Source: a virus. Taken from it: a stretch of 64,000 nt of DNA. Under the pieces are notes generated by a model, which searched no databases, had not been told where the DNA came from, and saw only the letters and a program-made list of their open reading frames with translations. Both the position numbers and the translations under genes were made by a program. The stretch covers positions 32,001 to 96,000 of the IMG/VR virus record IMGVR_UViG_3300028588_000016; one strand, given 5' to 3'. Shown here in pieces: positions 46,601 through 56,416 of this stretch. Positions within the stretch are counted from its first letter, which is position 1. Each line of letters opens with the position of its first letter.

Positions 46601-49485
46601 TCCATCTTCAACATAGCTAAAGATGATTTCATAGATTGAGGTGTTACGAAAGCTTCATTCTGTCTAGCATATTCTGCCATAAACGGAATAGAAGAAGTAA
46701 CTTCATTATTAAGAGTATTAAACTCTTTCATTGTTTGACGAAGTTGATGACGTTTTTCTAATTTAACGTAATCATCATACTTGTTATTAAGGTCGTTCTT
46801 TTCTTCTGGTTCTAATGAGTCATAAGGCTTTCTATAATCTCTCATAGACATTGTATCCTTAGTATCTACTCCAAAAGGAACGTGGAAGTTTTTACTTACT
46901 GAATAAAGAGCTTCTTGTGTATAATCGTAGGCTTTTTTACCTGTGATTATGTTCATCATTTCTTCTCTCAATTCTTCAAGTCTACTGTTCAAAGTGTTTA
47001 ATTCACCTTTCTCAGTAATCTCTTCTGATTTAGTAGCATCTTTGGTGCCACCTGTTACTTTTAATATCTTAGCTTTAACATCTATGATGTCTTGTGTAAG
47101 TTTATCAATATCAGAAACTATACCGGTATGTAATTTATAATCAACAAAAGTTTCAGCTCGTTCATTGTAAACATCGTTTAAACGAATATCAGATTGAATA
47201 CCCTCTTGGAAAATTGCATCTTTAGCTAACTTGATCTCAGAGCTAATCATCTTATGAACAAAATCATTGTGAGACATGTCTCCACTATCTTCTGTCATAG
47301 GTTGATAATTAACATCATCTGTTAACTTATTCTCAGGTAAGTATTGTTTAATACTTAAAGCTTTACTTCCTAATTTACCATCTTTATATTGTTTGTCAAC
47401 TAAAGTTTGTAAAGTATCAGCATAACCATGACGTACTGCACTAGCTATTTCAGCCTTTAAAGTTTCAGGTAAGTTCTCATGAACATGTCCAGAAATCTTA
47501 TCTTGAACTCCTGCAATACCTCCACCCATTGCTCCACCTAATGCTGACATTAAGTAACGAGAACCGATATCATCAAAGCTAAAAGCTTCAGATTTATCTT
47601 TATCTGTAGAAGTAAGACCTAATGCACGCATACCGTTATAAGTTAACTTTAACGCATCTTGCATCATTTCTTCTGATACCTCTTCCATTCCTTCAGCTAA
47701 CATTTTACGTTTAACTGTAGAAATATCTCCTAAAGATTCTCCTAAAGATTTACCAATCTCTTTACCTTTATTAAAGAAAGACATCATTCTTTCTCTTGCA
47801 GAACGTTTAGCAACTTCTCCACCTGCACTACTACCAGCAGCGATTGCTTCTGATTCTAGAACCGCACCGACATTAGTAGCACCTTGAGCAATTATTTTAC
47901 CTTCTGCATCAGCTATCTTGTTGATAACTGGTTTAATATCTTTAACTCTATTAGCAAGAGTCTTCTTCATGAAACCACCTAGTTCATCTAATCCCATACC
48001 TTCCATTGCCCATTGAGCAAATTCAAATTTAGTCATGAATAAACCAAATCCTGCAGTAGTTCCTAGATATAAAGCAGCAGTATCACGTTCATCAAGTCCG
48101 TGTGCTTTAGCTTCTTCTACAACACCTGTAGCAGAGATACCTGACATGTAAGCTATACCTAAAGATTTAGATCCAATACTAGACCATTTATCCCATTTGT
48201 TAAGTACATCTACGATACCTGCATCTGCTCCCCACTTGTTACGTAATAGATTAGCTCTTTGTGAAAGTGCATCTTTTCCGGTAATACCTTTAAGAGCTTC
48301 TTTCATTTTACCTAATTCATCCATTCCATATTTCTGACTAGCAGCTGCGAAAGCTTCTGTTTCTTTTGCAGTTTGACCTAGAGCCAATGGAATTTTAGCG
48401 ATTAATCTTTGTTGAGCTAATTGTCCGAAAACATCACCTGCCATAGCAAATAAGTTTTCTTTATTGAAAGTAGACAATTTAGCTTCATCAGATACGCCTG
48501 TTTTAAATTTAGCTCCAAAACCTTGTAGAGTATTTGCAGCTTCGTATAATGAAGTATTCTTAAGATCGTCGTTTAAAAATAAACCTGCAGTAGATTTAGC
48601 CATTATCGGTAACAATTCTGTCATCAACTGATGACCTAAAGTTAAACCTGTGTACCATTGACCTACTCCTGGTAAAAACATAGGAACCACGTAAGCCGCT
48701 GTTTTAAAGATCGTGCCAGTAAGAGTTTTAGTCTTACTGTCCGAATCCATAAAATCCCATTTATTAGCTGAACTACCGTCTTCGGTTAGTACGTCAAAAG
48801 CACCTAAAGATTGTTTACCATATATTTCCCTATTACCTAGAGTCTCATAATAAGGCTTTCCAGCATCATTATACTTATACTCACCTTTACCGTGTTTAAC
48901 GTTTCTACCTAGATCGGCATCGTAATGTTCACCGTCTTCGTCATACTGTGCTAATACTGCACTCGGACTGAAGATAGTACCAAAAAATCCAGAATCATTT
49001 GGCGTATAATCTAATATATCACCACTTAAATGATCCTGTACTTTTTGAGTTTGTGCAATCTCACGAACTGTAAGATCGCTATCTGTTTTATTAGTAAACC
49101 CTAATATACCACTAACTTGTCCAAAAGGGTTTTTAACCTTATTGATACTCATTGTTTCTTTAAACTTCGGTGCATTCTTAGGAGCAGCGTAGTTGTTTTC
49201 GAAATAATAAGTATTATTCAATATGGTTGAATCATAGTCCTTCTTTGCAAAATCGTTGTAGGTCTGAGCAGCTACATCATAATGTTGTTTGAACTGTTTA
49301 TCGTCAAACTTACCTGTTGCAGTATCAGTAAACATCTGTTTAATTTTGTCATTTTCTCTGTAGGTCTTCTCATCAAGTAGCTGTGTATTCGATGGGGTTA
49401 GTCCCATTTGCTCGAAATCACCTAAAGTAAATTCAGGTTTTGTCGTCGAAGCTAACAACCAATCGTTTTTGCTATTATCAGGCAT
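40636..49485 (-). CDS. Giant virion/ejection protein with hydrophobic N-terminal region and SF1 helicase domain
   Basis: GIPGAGKT (44851-44874), VIDEATH, LVGDREQ, QGLEY, YTMISRS; Gly/Ala-rich hydrophobic segments at about aa 260-660; 2949 aa. Confidence 0.78.
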   Translation of the reverse strand: MPDNSKNDWLLASTTKPEFTLGDFEQMGLTPSNTQLLDEKTYRENDKIKQMFTDTATGKFDDKQFKQHYDVAAQTYNDFAKKDYDSTILNNTYYFENNYAAPKNAPKFKETMSINKVKNPFGQVSGILGFTNKTDSDLTVREIAQTQKVQDHLSGDILDYTPNDSGFFGTIFSPSAVLAQYDEDGEHYDADLGRNVKHGKGEYKYNDAGKPYYETLGNREIYGKQSLGAFDVLTEDGSSANKWDFMDSDSKTKTLTGTIFKTAAYVVPMFLPGVGQWYTGLTLGHQLMTELLPIMAKSTAGLFLNDDLKNTSLYEAANTLQGFGAKFKTGVSDEAKLSTFNKENLFAMAGDVFGQLAQQRLIAKIPLALGQTAKETEAFAAASQKYGMDELGKMKEALKGITGKDALSQRANLLRNKWGADAGIVDVLNKWDKWSSIGSKSLGIAYMSGISATGVVEEAKAHGLDERDTAALYLGTTAGFGLFMTKFEFAQWAMEGMGLDELGGFMKKTLANRVKDIKPVINKIADAEGKIIAQGATNVGAVLESEAIAAGSSAGGEVAKRSARERMMSFFNKGKEIGKSLGESLGDISTVKRKMLAEGMEEVSEEMMQDALKLTYNGMRALGLTSTDKDKSEAFSFDDIGSRYLMSALGGAMGGGIAGVQDKISGHVHENLPETLKAEIASAVRHGYADTLQTLVDKQYKDGKLGSKALSIKQYLPENKLTDDVNYQPMTEDSGDMSHNDFVHKMISSEIKLAKDAIFQEGIQSDIRLNDVYNERAETFVDYKLHTGIVSDIDKLTQDIIDVKAKILKVTGGTKDATKSEEITEKGELNTLNSRLEELREEMMNIITGKKAYDYTQEALYSVSKNFHVPFGVDTKDTMSMRDYRKPYDSLEPEEKNDLNNKYDDYVKLEKRHQLRQTMKEFNTLNNEVTSSIPFMAEYARQNEAFVTPQSMKSSLAMLKMEKEDDVNSLDNGRLDTLNIGSIVTEDVNRPDLEILRDYVVESPYINKAIDTYLKNRYTAPYTVGGKSMSNMFNEAYGTVISDTPIDFGGINIDSIKAYTSVDLKAMFNTLNPYNYTETVAQLNDVVNNPGFAEMAKDAYQYEGDAVPDGEIVKHYLRAVKDTLEAAFTQSVTENGELLLDEAKQQAVILIDEIKQQMVNKAKNPVYELIATLTKRDGREGLGNLIDLMDNTFEDLVKKGVATDFIIEDKVTQDQLEYGQNLITKLAAVVDASTVWEGPIKGKQIGYNAALNALAAQSEDIEHEELATLEAYDAAHIKQTLELIQAKLNFLLNLHKFNQDGSIREMKMTGATMATLYLESLSPESDSFKALESQGVDMSEIRTAFDSATQYADNLTALKTDGTNKIALKSGDDNFKSIRAERDKIEQAYFKAVNSLPNKVDVLNKIFDSFDKTKYTLEGFETIDFSSNTRRIGHAQELVYLAQTLTIDPKQFYKDFTGNLTEGEDFLKDDPYAPFFGQEHVLKQMYWHMISKMSPVDTFKKITEIMIVPDTTLTDKQKVDLKSKMALPALRNVSVLYGIPGAGKTSSALYYLTKIAERYGLDTAIFAPHEKQGENLKENLESVGTIYNSQKLVSDLIKTVLGEELYTAIETDYAGEKGYVNAVTYSVGDALTNIDPKSTIAYRKGEVNAGINFNPNHPLISKFLSNKTKTIEFEGKVPSVIVIDEATHIKGVELQLLDKAIEYHNANSNKPITLLLVGDREQRGNSVKFKEGYNDIISPDNVGNMYSVITPVLSQSLRNRNNVKNKNINLVRALRKTVETATYNKNYGMIQKVLDEGITFDFTVDDEKGLVGEHFVKDIVQKDLETLFKNPTDTVALITDKPNGSASLVKMIASIPGAEQRLTIISPDHVQGLEYDNIIIDVEPGAKSNNFTDILNTFNSIEMLYTMISRSKKGSLIKAPFINGIKLNDNTQDVKVQTIELDKDVVGAYKDFTLEAIKSSFANLEDLGLSPTETRVTPKPSTTSGMSDLNQDEEFAKAGYSVVLKQASNEVEPTDLPVNIAGESIPVDQGETRPLTYTFHERLGVSVDKKNTIKDTQTNPIISGKDLAGFFELINDTELEEGMSINDPRITLARDQMKRLKTGLMAYSQKVQDGENAGKLANFLSANYAVHDKILSKLDFDKAALMLETKEYDHTVDASFELNSTNTPQGGGLISYLTMEIPLIKPVEGASPIVVFTISAFPNANNPNVASRKGVMATLGNIRDNHTRTAVNGRSYFYLKPDLTIEEVLKPTSNLYLRPSAEKSYKEFKQEHAHLNHSEPYIIMNSKIINQDDEVAQQLFANFNRGGVGPNNEVNTESSSLIGKAVVFVSLDKTIPKNELADRYRRQLNSQVERKLKGEAIDPDPGNIRMVVLNKKGVPFKDWLAKNVSISRSMTENNIDLKAQRRAYSNNFAAATMIGALVNFKRRAEYYKENGKPEEFRANLRLKPDLYGPKRLEKLISDVDSLLKNVLPILTGKTFNDIYATGGNNINAYLEANKSKIDDFVNKLFKDSPDAKTKAVEHFIASDLLTNINKFEKDNSLKTFKDVDGKALSLNIPNSALYNFVSAIRLTVAGGTFTNTAGVDQFVDGLFPSAFKSKEADSIEYDKFVTGLEDIISYKFPDGIHINPVIRTATADNRYVSDAPFVVPTGNIDDDFKVDVSIQTPTIYFNPDSIDFRPTDIVEEDKGVKVEQYKEVEQKVIDAIDERIPDTDVLSKISTAALATVTETHSLEADNLNDINNALKGGNAETHAASAVAETMAIVAEKVAELSDDVMTVNGIEVIVMPNTEHGVELLPLNSAASQHANGQLQEIGVPETNVTVEQTVTNKPGSTEKVREFSVTNADNGEIIATFAYENKQFTPVNYLGSLPTDLDIVGKAIAGTWLQEHYDAFTNMMNQPEYVKTYNVDMKLKAGKSYYLVGSYLKANGFETELSELSKAYDNLIKETKCN

Positions 49486-49502
49486 ATTGTTTAAATTATT
49501 AA

Positions 49503-51386
49503 TTATAATTGGAATTGAGAAATAACTCCTGCTGTTTCTGCAGGTTTCCTATTGAAGTTGTTTTGATTAAGTCCTGGAATACTGTTAGTAGGTTTAGTAG
49601 TAAGAACCTTAGCACCATCTGCTAAACGTGCAGAAACAGCTGAACCCGGTTTAACTTGTATAAAGATATTTCCTTGTAATACATCGGGAGCACTTAAGAA
49701 TCTAGGCAAGAAAGATTCGTATTCAGTAGGCTTAAGATCTGTACCATCTTTATCTGGACTTTCACCATTATATCTGTAAGATCTTTCGTATTGCTTTTCT
49801 AAGTTACCGTCAACTTTCTTAAGTAATCGTTTATCGTAGTTACTAGTACCTAGAGCACCATCGTTAACCATACCGTTAAACATTACAAACTCTGCTTTTT
49901 CTACTTCCGGTAAACCGTCTTGTCCCATTTGGAAACCTGCCGCTTCTATAACTTTTTGTCTAGCCATAGCATTAGGAATACTTTGAATTTCTTTCATTAC
50001 CTTATTGTATTTAGGCATTATATCGAAATTCGGTTTCATTCCTCCGTTACCATCCTTCATAGCAGGTACGTGAACTCTAATCATATCATCACCACCGTAA
50101 ACGATAGCATCTGCATAATTAGGATCAATTTTATTGCTACCCATGTACATGTTGTTAATATTAGCAATAGATTTAAGTTCTGGAATATTACGAATAGATG
50201 ATTGTCCAACAGGTTTACCATTACTCTGAATAGGTCCTGCAACAGCACCTAAAGCAGTTAATTGATCTCCATCTCCTAAATCTACTTGGATAATTTGAGG
50301 ATTACCCATAGAACCTTCGGATGCTTGCCAGTAACCTATATCACTAGTCAATTCATCTTCTGAACCTTTAGCAGGTTTATTAAGTGTAGTATCGTAATCA
50401 GCAGCGCTCTTGGTTTCCATAGACGACTTAGCTGAAGGGTTCAATAGAGATAAAGCATAACCCATAGCAGTTTCTTCAATAGATCCAGACTTAGCACCAG
50501 AGGCAACAGCTCTAGCTTTAAGTACTGATTTAGCACTATTAGAAAGATTTTGCCACATTGCACTAGCAGCAGCTTTAAGTTGTTTTTCGTTACTTTCAGA
50601 CGAAGCCATTTGCTCAATCTTGTAAACACCTTCTCTTGCCATACCTGCTAATTCTTGAGCGGCTTTCCTAATCTGAGGACCGTCAGCAGTATCTGCATAA
50701 AACGATCTACTTTCTGATTTAGAAGTTGAACCTAAATTAGCTAAAACGCTAGTTATTTCTTTCTTAATAGCTTCCATACCCATAGATGAGTTAAGAGCAT
50801 TAATAGAGTTTTTATCATTAACTAATAAAGGATTGTATTCTCTTTCGTTAATAAGTTCAGCATTAGTTAAAGCTTGATATTTTCTTTTACCGGAGTGCAA
50901 ATCGTTAGCATAGTCAGAGTGACTAATTTCAGATAGAGTTCCTGTAGTTATATCTTTAACTACTAAACCTCTAGCTGTAGTAGCAAATTCACCGAAAGCA
51001 TCTTGTGATTTTACTTTCTCTCTAGATGAGTCAAATTCTTGTTGGTTACGCATTAACATGTTAATCTGGCCAATATCGCCTTTCATAATTTGTCTAAGTT
51101 CTTGACCTTTATGCGTACCTCTTTCCATTTCACTCATTCCTGCATATGCTTCATATGCTTTATTCATCTGATCACTAAATGCCATAACATCGTTAGTAAG
51201 TCCGGCTCCTAATAGTTTAGTGACTATAGATTTATCTAAAGCGGGAGCAGCCGCTTGTGCAGTTGCTCCCTCTGTAGTTTGTGCCATAGGTGCAGGCGCT
51301 TGTGGAGCCTGCACTGGTAATGGCTGATAAACTGGAAACATTCCTCCAGCTTGATATTTATGTATCTTTGATTCGTTTACGTACAT
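49503..51386 (-). CDS. Probable internal virion (cargo) protein
   Basis: 627 aa, Cys-free, N-terminal KYQAGG plus Pro/Gln/Ala linker. Confidence 0.65.
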   Translation of the reverse strand: MYVNESKIHKYQAGGMFPVYQPLPVQAPQAPAPMAQTTEGATAQAAAPALDKSIVTKLLGAGLTNDVMAFSDQMNKAYEAYAGMSEMERGTHKGQELRQIMKGDIGQINMLMRNQQEFDSSREKVKSQDAFGEFATTARGLVVKDITTGTLSEISHSDYANDLHSGKRKYQALTNAELINEREYNPLLVNDKNSINALNSSMGMEAIKKEITSVLANLGSTSKSESRSFYADTADGPQIRKAAQELAGMAREGVYKIEQMASSESNEKQLKAAASAMWQNLSNSAKSVLKARAVASGAKSGSIEETAMGYALSLLNPSAKSSMETKSAADYDTTLNKPAKGSEDELTSDIGYWQASEGSMGNPQIIQVDLGDGDQLTALGAVAGPIQSNGKPVGQSSIRNIPELKSIANINNMYMGSNKIDPNYADAIVYGGDDMIRVHVPAMKDGNGGMKPNFDIMPKYNKVMKEIQSIPNAMARQKVIEAAGFQMGQDGLPEVEKAEFVMFNGMVNDGALGTSNYDKRLLKKVDGNLEKQYERSYRYNGESPDKDGTDLKPTEYESFLPRFLSAPDVLQGNIFIQVKPGSAVSARLADGAKVLTTKPTNSIPGLNQNNFNRKPAETAGVISQFQL

Positions 51387-51390
51387 TGTA

Positions 51391-54300
51391 TTAACCTTTT
51401 AAAGCTTGTTTAATCATTGCGTCGATACTCTTTGCTTGATTGGCAGATTCTTTTTTGTCCTCTTTAATCTTCAAAGATAACCATTTATTGTGATCTTTCG
51501 CAGTTTCTGAGAAAGCTTTTTGCGTTTGTTTGTACTCTTCCAAAGCAATTTTAGTTTCAGCAGTTAGTTTACCACCTGTTGCCATACTTACTTTCCTACT
51601 ATTATGGAATACAGTACCGTTAGGAGTAGCCATATTAGTTGCGTTAGGATTGTAGTTTATTAAACTAGGAATACTTTGATAGTTAAAATTAGGATTCTTC
51701 ATTAATTGCAATCTTAGTAATTGCTGATTTGTAGAAGCTTGTTGACCTAATGTTTTAATTCTTAAATATTCATCGTCAGCCTTCTTCTTAGCTACAGGAT
51801 CGGTACCTGCATTAGCTCTAGTTACGTTCGCTTGAGCTAACTCTAATTGTCCCATTAAATCACCATATTCTTTAGAGAATTTGCTATTCATGTTAAGACC
51901 TGCTATTTGAGAATCGTAGGCTTTATTACCTAATGCATCCATCCTATTCTGACTGTTCTGAGTTGCCCAGAAATTATCAACAGATTTATCCATAGCAATC
52001 ATCTTTTGGTTATTATATTGACGTTCAGTTTGCTCTTTAGTAGCTAAAGAATGCGCGTTCTGATTTGCTACTTGTTGTCTGCTTTGTGCGTAACCTTGTT
52101 GAAGTTGTAAGTTTCTAGCTTCACTTCTTGCAATAGATTCAGCATTAGCACCTGCTCCTTGCATACGAATATCTTCAGCTTGTTTAGCAGCACTAAGTCT
52201 GCCAGCTAAATTAATCATACTATCAGAAGTTCTACCTACACCTGCATCTGCCATAATACGAGCAGCTGATTTATCATAAGCGTTACTTAATAACAAATCA
52301 CCTTTAACAGGAGCACTTACTTCTGACATGTGAGTAGACATAGGAACTGTAACTCTTGTGTCTACACGTCTAGCAGTTTCTCTGTTAAATAATGCTCTAC
52401 CTAATTCAGACAAAGTATCTTTCTTGATATTAATACCAGGACTGGAAGCTACTATATTATTCAAACCGTTATCTACGACAGTTTTTGTAGCATCTATTCC
52501 TTTAAAACCACTAGGCATATTAGGATCACCTGTATTAAGAGAACCTATTCCTACACCAGAAGCACCTGTTAAACCTGCTCTTAAGTTGATTTTAAAAGGT
52601 ACATTAGGAGTAGTCTTAGCAGGAGTGTTAACACCTATTGCTTTCATAGGATCCCATTGAGGAACACTAGGAGTTATAGCAGGTAACATTAAAGGAGAAA
52701 CAGGTTTAAGGTTAGCATTAAGACTTTTGATCCAAGGTAGTTTAACACCTGTATCAGCTTTAATAATACCACCCTCTTTAAACTTAATAGAAGTTTTACC
52801 CTCATCCATAGCTTTTTCAACCATAGCAGTTAACTTCTTATTACCTAATATCTTCTTACTAATAGCATCATCTTTACTACCTTTAGTCGGATTGATAATT
52901 CTTTCTAAAGGAATCTCATGTGTCTTATTAGTAGATATATTTAAACTTTTCTTTAAGTTCTTAAGTTCCTTTTGGTTTAAAGACGCTTTCACCTTCTCAA
53001 CGCTTCCTACATTCTTAGGAGCATCTAAAGCTTCTTTAATACTTACTTGTTTCTTAGGTTGCATTCTTGCAACTTCCGAAATGTAGTCAGCGTTTCTAGT
53101 AGGATATTCTCCTTGGAAACCAGGCTTATACGCAATCTCTGTATTAACAGGGGTCTTATTGAATTTAGCATTAGCTTTACCTTGAAACAAGTTAGTTAAA
53201 CGTGAACTAGCAGTACGAATAGATTTCTCTTCTGCACTTAAAGGCGCATCTGGTGTACCTTTAATCCAGTTAGGAGAACCTTTTTCTGGTAACATTCTAT
53301 TAGGATCAGTAATCCTTGCGGCTGAACCTCCTGTTTTAGTTACTTCGCTAATTGGATCAGCAACGGCTTCTAATTCTTCTTTAGTAGGATTAGTGCTAGG
53401 AGAAGCTGCTCGAGCCAATAATTTTTGATCTGAATTTAATATAGCTTCAGTCTCAGGCTTTTTATACATACTTCTAAACGGCATGGTTTGAAAACGAGTT
53501 CCAGCTAAAGTAAAGAAGTTCTGATTAACTACTTTATCAGCACCTTTCATCTCAGGATTAGCTAAAGCAACACGTCTAATAGCTCTGTTCTTTAACCAAC
53601 CACCTATACCACCGCCAGTAGTTATTTCATCTAAAGACTCTTCTCCGAACTCACTAGAAGTTTTAAGTTTCTCTGTTCTAAAGAAGTCTTTAACATTTCT
53701 GTTAACACCAAATCCTTTAGGCAATTGTACATCAGCAGGTGTAACTACCGCATTAGGTTTCGACATCTTTGCCGCAATATGTGCTTTGGCTAAATCAATC
53801 TTTTGAGCAGAAGTCTTAGCATTGTTAATTGCAGTCATAGCAGCTTCATCTATTTCGTGAGATACGCCTTTTGCGTCCTTAATGAAGTTTTTAACTCCAC
53901 CTTTCGTAGTTGCAATAGCTTTATCCCATCCCATACGTTTACCGCTAACTACTCCTGTTAAACCGCCAACTAAAGCTTTCCAATCGTCCATAGTGGCATT
54001 AGAAGCACCTTCATCAACGATTTTCTTAAGAGCAAATCCTGCTTGTGTAGCACCAGATACAGCTAAAGCTTTACCTAACCAATGAGCGTTTTTAGCTAAA
54101 GCTTTTACAATCTTAGTACCTTTAAACCCAGTACCTGCAACAGGTATAAGAGTCGCTAAGTCCATAAGACCACCTACAGCAGCAGTACCTGCATCACCCC
54201 ATTGGAAACCATCTTTCTCTACATCAGCAGCGAAGTTCATTCCTGTAGCCGCTAGACCTAAACCTGCACCTACAGCATTACCCGCAGGGCCTGCAATAGT

Positions 54301-56343
54301 AGCACCTAATCCACCGATATCGGCAATTAATGCACCTAACTGTAATTTATCTGTAGTAGTCATCTGATAGTCGTCTTCATTCATACGACCTATGGAAACT
54401 ACTTTATGTTTTTCTTGACCTGGATTAAGACCTACTGTAGAACTAGCAGCTTTATATCCTCCTGTAGGGTCTGAATTCAAACTAGTAAAGCCACCACCTT
54501 GTTGAAATTTCAAAACTTTAAGTTTATCAAATTTACCACCTGATTTTTTCATACTAGTACTAAGTGAACTCTTTAGGTTACTATCTAGAGATTGTTTATC
54601 TCCAGAAGCTTTCTTTTTATCGAATGCGTAATACTTAGGACTTTTAGGATCAACTTTAGGTTTACCGTAGTCCAATCCAACAGGTATTTTTTTCTCATTA
54701 TCCCAAAGTACTAAAGTAACATTACCTACACCGTCAGTCTCTTTACGCTTTATGTAATGTCTACGTCCTGTTGGAGCAATATATAGTTCTTCTACTTTAT
54801 CTATACCGTTCTCATCTTTAGCACCAGCATTGTAGGTTTTAACAATAGCACCTTTAGATCTATCAAAGTTACTATAATTCATTGTTAAATCCTGGAAATA
54901 TTCTGGCATAGTGTTTACACCTAAAGCTTTAAAAGGATTATAATTTTTGTCATCTACTAACTTATCAGTTTTAGTAAATTGAGCCAACTCTTCTGAACTA
55001 ATTGCTGAATTAGTAAGTACGTTTTTAATAAGAGTACTAACTTTTTCTCTCGCTACTTCTGGTAAAGCTTGAAAGTCTGCACCGTTAGCTGCAACCATAT
55101 CATAAGCTTTCTTAAAATCTACACGTTTACCGTTAACTACAATTGGCATTTGTTTGTAATTAGTTCTATCGTAACTCTTACCATTAGAAGCTAAACCTGT
55201 CAAAAAAGAACCATCGTCATCATACCAAGTATCTAAATCTTTATCGTAACCTTTATAAGGTAAACCACCTTTAAAACGAAGACCGTTAACGTCACCTTCG
55301 TTAAGTTTACCATTTACCCAAGTTCTACCTTGAGCATCTTTACCATTAAGTGCTTGAGTACCTCCTTCATCTGCAAAACTTCTACCGTCAGCTCCTGTAA
55401 AAGTACCGTCAGCGTTTGCAGTTAGTTTAACAGGAACAGGTGGACCTGCTGTAGCTTTAACCATATCATCGTAAGATTTACGATCAGTAAATTTACCGTA
55501 AACTTCTGGATTAGCTAATTGTGCAAAGTTAGCTCCTTTAGATGCTAGTAACTTATCGGCACCTGCACCAAACTTAGCTTGGAATAACTTAAGCATTTCT
55601 GGATCAGTTTGTGCTTGACTATGTAAGTTACTAAACTTACTAAACATACCTGTATTCCACTTATTAAGTAAGTTAGCTTGACCTGCTTTATCTGCCGTAT
55701 GATAGCTTTTTAAAGCAAACTCTAAACTTCCATTCTTTTGGTTTGCATCTCTAAATAAAGAACCCGGATCTAAATCATTATCAAAATCGCTTAAACTCTT
55801 TTGATAATTACTCATTCCTTCCGCTTTAGCTTTATCAGCATCTGCCTTAGCTTTCGCTTCGTTATCTGCTTTTAATTTAGCATTATCAGCATTAGTCTTA
55901 GTGTAAAGTTTACCTGCAAAATCACCAAAGCCTTGCATAAGAGAACCTCTTATTGCACCTTGATTGTGAACTCCTGAAACACCCGCGAATAACCCAGGTT
56001 TGGCAGCTTTACCGTTATCTTTTAATCCTAATTGTTGATTAGTGAGATCATTCTTATCTCCTGTGTAAGCTATGTCGCCTACTGTATCTCCTTGTAAGTC
56101 GAAATCAAATGCTTGTCCTTTAGCGTTAGAGGATTTAATAGTACCTAAGAAGTCGTTGAAATTAGTATTCCATTCGTCTCTGTTCTTAGTCTTACCACCA
56201 CCCGCTTTGACATAATCATTGAACCAAGACTGAGCTTGTTCGTGACCTAGCGTCATATCCTGACCGTTAACTCTAACTACATAAGTTTGAGCTTCCGCTT
56301 TTGGAGCTGTTCCGCCAGTATTAAATTTAGGTACTTGACTCAT
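51391..56343 (-). CDS. Large cargo/ejection protein with predicted membrane-inserting segment
   Basis: 1650 aa, Cys-free, repeated K-x-x-x-GG motifs, hydrophobic LGALIADIGGLGATIAGPAGNAVGAGLGLAA region. Confidence 0.7.
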   Translation of the reverse strand: MSQVPKFNTGGTAPKAEAQTYVVRVNGQDMTLGHEQAQSWFNDYVKAGGGKTKNRDEWNTNFNDFLGTIKSSNAKGQAFDFDLQGDTVGDIAYTGDKNDLTNQQLGLKDNGKAAKPGLFAGVSGVHNQGAIRGSLMQGFGDFAGKLYTKTNADNAKLKADNEAKAKADADKAKAEGMSNYQKSLSDFDNDLDPGSLFRDANQKNGSLEFALKSYHTADKAGQANLLNKWNTGMFSKFSNLHSQAQTDPEMLKLFQAKFGAGADKLLASKGANFAQLANPEVYGKFTDRKSYDDMVKATAGPPVPVKLTANADGTFTGADGRSFADEGGTQALNGKDAQGRTWVNGKLNEGDVNGLRFKGGLPYKGYDKDLDTWYDDDGSFLTGLASNGKSYDRTNYKQMPIVVNGKRVDFKKAYDMVAANGADFQALPEVAREKVSTLIKNVLTNSAISSEELAQFTKTDKLVDDKNYNPFKALGVNTMPEYFQDLTMNYSNFDRSKGAIVKTYNAGAKDENGIDKVEELYIAPTGRRHYIKRKETDGVGNVTLVLWDNEKKIPVGLDYGKPKVDPKSPKYYAFDKKKASGDKQSLDSNLKSSLSTSMKKSGGKFDKLKVLKFQQGGGFTSLNSDPTGGYKAASSTVGLNPGQEKHKVVSIGRMNEDDYQMTTTDKLQLGALIADIGGLGATIAGPAGNAVGAGLGLAATGMNFAADVEKDGFQWGDAGTAAVGGLMDLATLIPVAGTGFKGTKIVKALAKNAHWLGKALAVSGATQAGFALKKIVDEGASNATMDDWKALVGGLTGVVSGKRMGWDKAIATTKGGVKNFIKDAKGVSHEIDEAAMTAINNAKTSAQKIDLAKAHIAAKMSKPNAVVTPADVQLPKGFGVNRNVKDFFRTEKLKTSSEFGEESLDEITTGGGIGGWLKNRAIRRVALANPEMKGADKVVNQNFFTLAGTRFQTMPFRSMYKKPETEAILNSDQKLLARAASPSTNPTKEELEAVADPISEVTKTGGSAARITDPNRMLPEKGSPNWIKGTPDAPLSAEEKSIRTASSRLTNLFQGKANAKFNKTPVNTEIAYKPGFQGEYPTRNADYISEVARMQPKKQVSIKEALDAPKNVGSVEKVKASLNQKELKNLKKSLNISTNKTHEIPLERIINPTKGSKDDAISKKILGNKKLTAMVEKAMDEGKTSIKFKEGGIIKADTGVKLPWIKSLNANLKPVSPLMLPAITPSVPQWDPMKAIGVNTPAKTTPNVPFKINLRAGLTGASGVGIGSLNTGDPNMPSGFKGIDATKTVVDNGLNNIVASSPGINIKKDTLSELGRALFNRETARRVDTRVTVPMSTHMSEVSAPVKGDLLLSNAYDKSAARIMADAGVGRTSDSMINLAGRLSAAKQAEDIRMQGAGANAESIARSEARNLQLQQGYAQSRQQVANQNAHSLATKEQTERQYNNQKMIAMDKSVDNFWATQNSQNRMDALGNKAYDSQIAGLNMNSKFSKEYGDLMGQLELAQANVTRANAGTDPVAKKKADDEYLRIKTLGQQASTNQQLLRLQLMKNPNFNYQSIPSLINYNPNATNMATPNGTVFHNSRKVSMATGGKLTAETKIALEEYKQTQKAFSETAKDHNKWLSLKIKEDKKESANQAKSIDAMIKQALKG

Positions 56344-56374
56344 TATATATGTTGTAATAAATTTGTATCATATG

Positions 56375-56406
56375 AAAAAAGGGAGACTAGTTGAACTAAT
56401 CTCCCT
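56375..56406 (-). terminator. Intrinsic terminator after the 102-aa gene
   Basis: On - strand GGGAGATTAG-TTCAA-CTAGTCTCCC then TTTTTT. Confidence 0.75.
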
Positions 56407-56416
56407 ATTAATTTGA

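Noticed and set aside
21198-55000. Short + strand ORFs inside the giant - strand genes (e.g. 21198-21539, 42290-42646, 52727-53086)
   Set aside because: Antisense shadows of long coding frames with no motifs; 21198 starts inside a terminator stem
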